NCBI RefSeq assembly: GCF_963853765.1
Contig: NC_088853.1
Span: 2,170,001 to 2,234,000 of the forward strand
Origin: Magallana gigas
Lineage: Eukaryota
DNA length: 64,000 nt
Reading direction: 5' to 3'
Part shown: positions 63,823-64,000 of the stretch, in pieces
Layout: the number at the start of each line of letters is the position of its first letter
Position numbering within the stretch: the first letter of the stretch is position 1
The notes under the pieces: model-generated
Database searches by the model: none
Told to the model about the DNA's origin: nothing
The model's input: the letters and a program-made list of their open reading frames with translations, nothing else
Translations under genes and position numbers: made by a program

Positions 63823-64000
63823 GTTAAATTACTTAAACAAGAAAACCACGGGGAATATTGTAATAAAATTTAGTTGTACAGTGCATTTACTAACCTTGAA
63901 AATGGTGTTAAGGCCATTAAGATGAGGATTCCAGCATATTTAAGAGACCCTGCTTCCATTTAGAAGTTGCAAATGTGCAATGTTTGTCCCTCTTTAAAAG

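Noticed and set aside
63000-63960. Small spliced secreted-protein gene (MEAGSLKYAGILILMALTPFS.. at ~63950 joined to an exon at ~63174)
   Set aside because: The phase-2 donor joined to the obvious acceptor stops after four codons. It could be part of a gene extending beyond the window, but cannot be supported here.

Overview
This is AT-rich, intron- and repeat-dense animal genomic DNA, not prokaryotic. By recollection the repeat and gene styles fit an oyster (Crassostrea/Magallana-like bivalve); that is an inference, not a database match. Most short ORFs in the supplied track are spurious. Supported content: (1) the 3' end of a plus-strand TRIM2/3-like NHL-repeat gene (1-435) with three phase-compatible candidate terminal exons; (2) six 3' exons of a minus-strand ADAM10/Kuzbanian gene (23873 down to 10563), several of whose splice junctions are tandemly amplified in the adjacent introns; (3) an internally deleted, intron-containing piggyBac transposase relic (25209-26803); (4) a diverged ~6-kb tandem duplication (27.8-39.4 kb); (5) a near full-length, inactivated LINE on the minus strand (~42.8-55.9 kb), interrupted by a 727-bp Helitron, with a 3866-bp internal segment present in three near-identical tandem copies; (6) many non-autonomous DNA elements (TTAA/Kolobok-like, Helentron-like with satellite cores, foldback elements) plus mini- and microsatellites. 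No CRISPR array, rRNA or intact tRNA gene was seen. All analysis was by eye.
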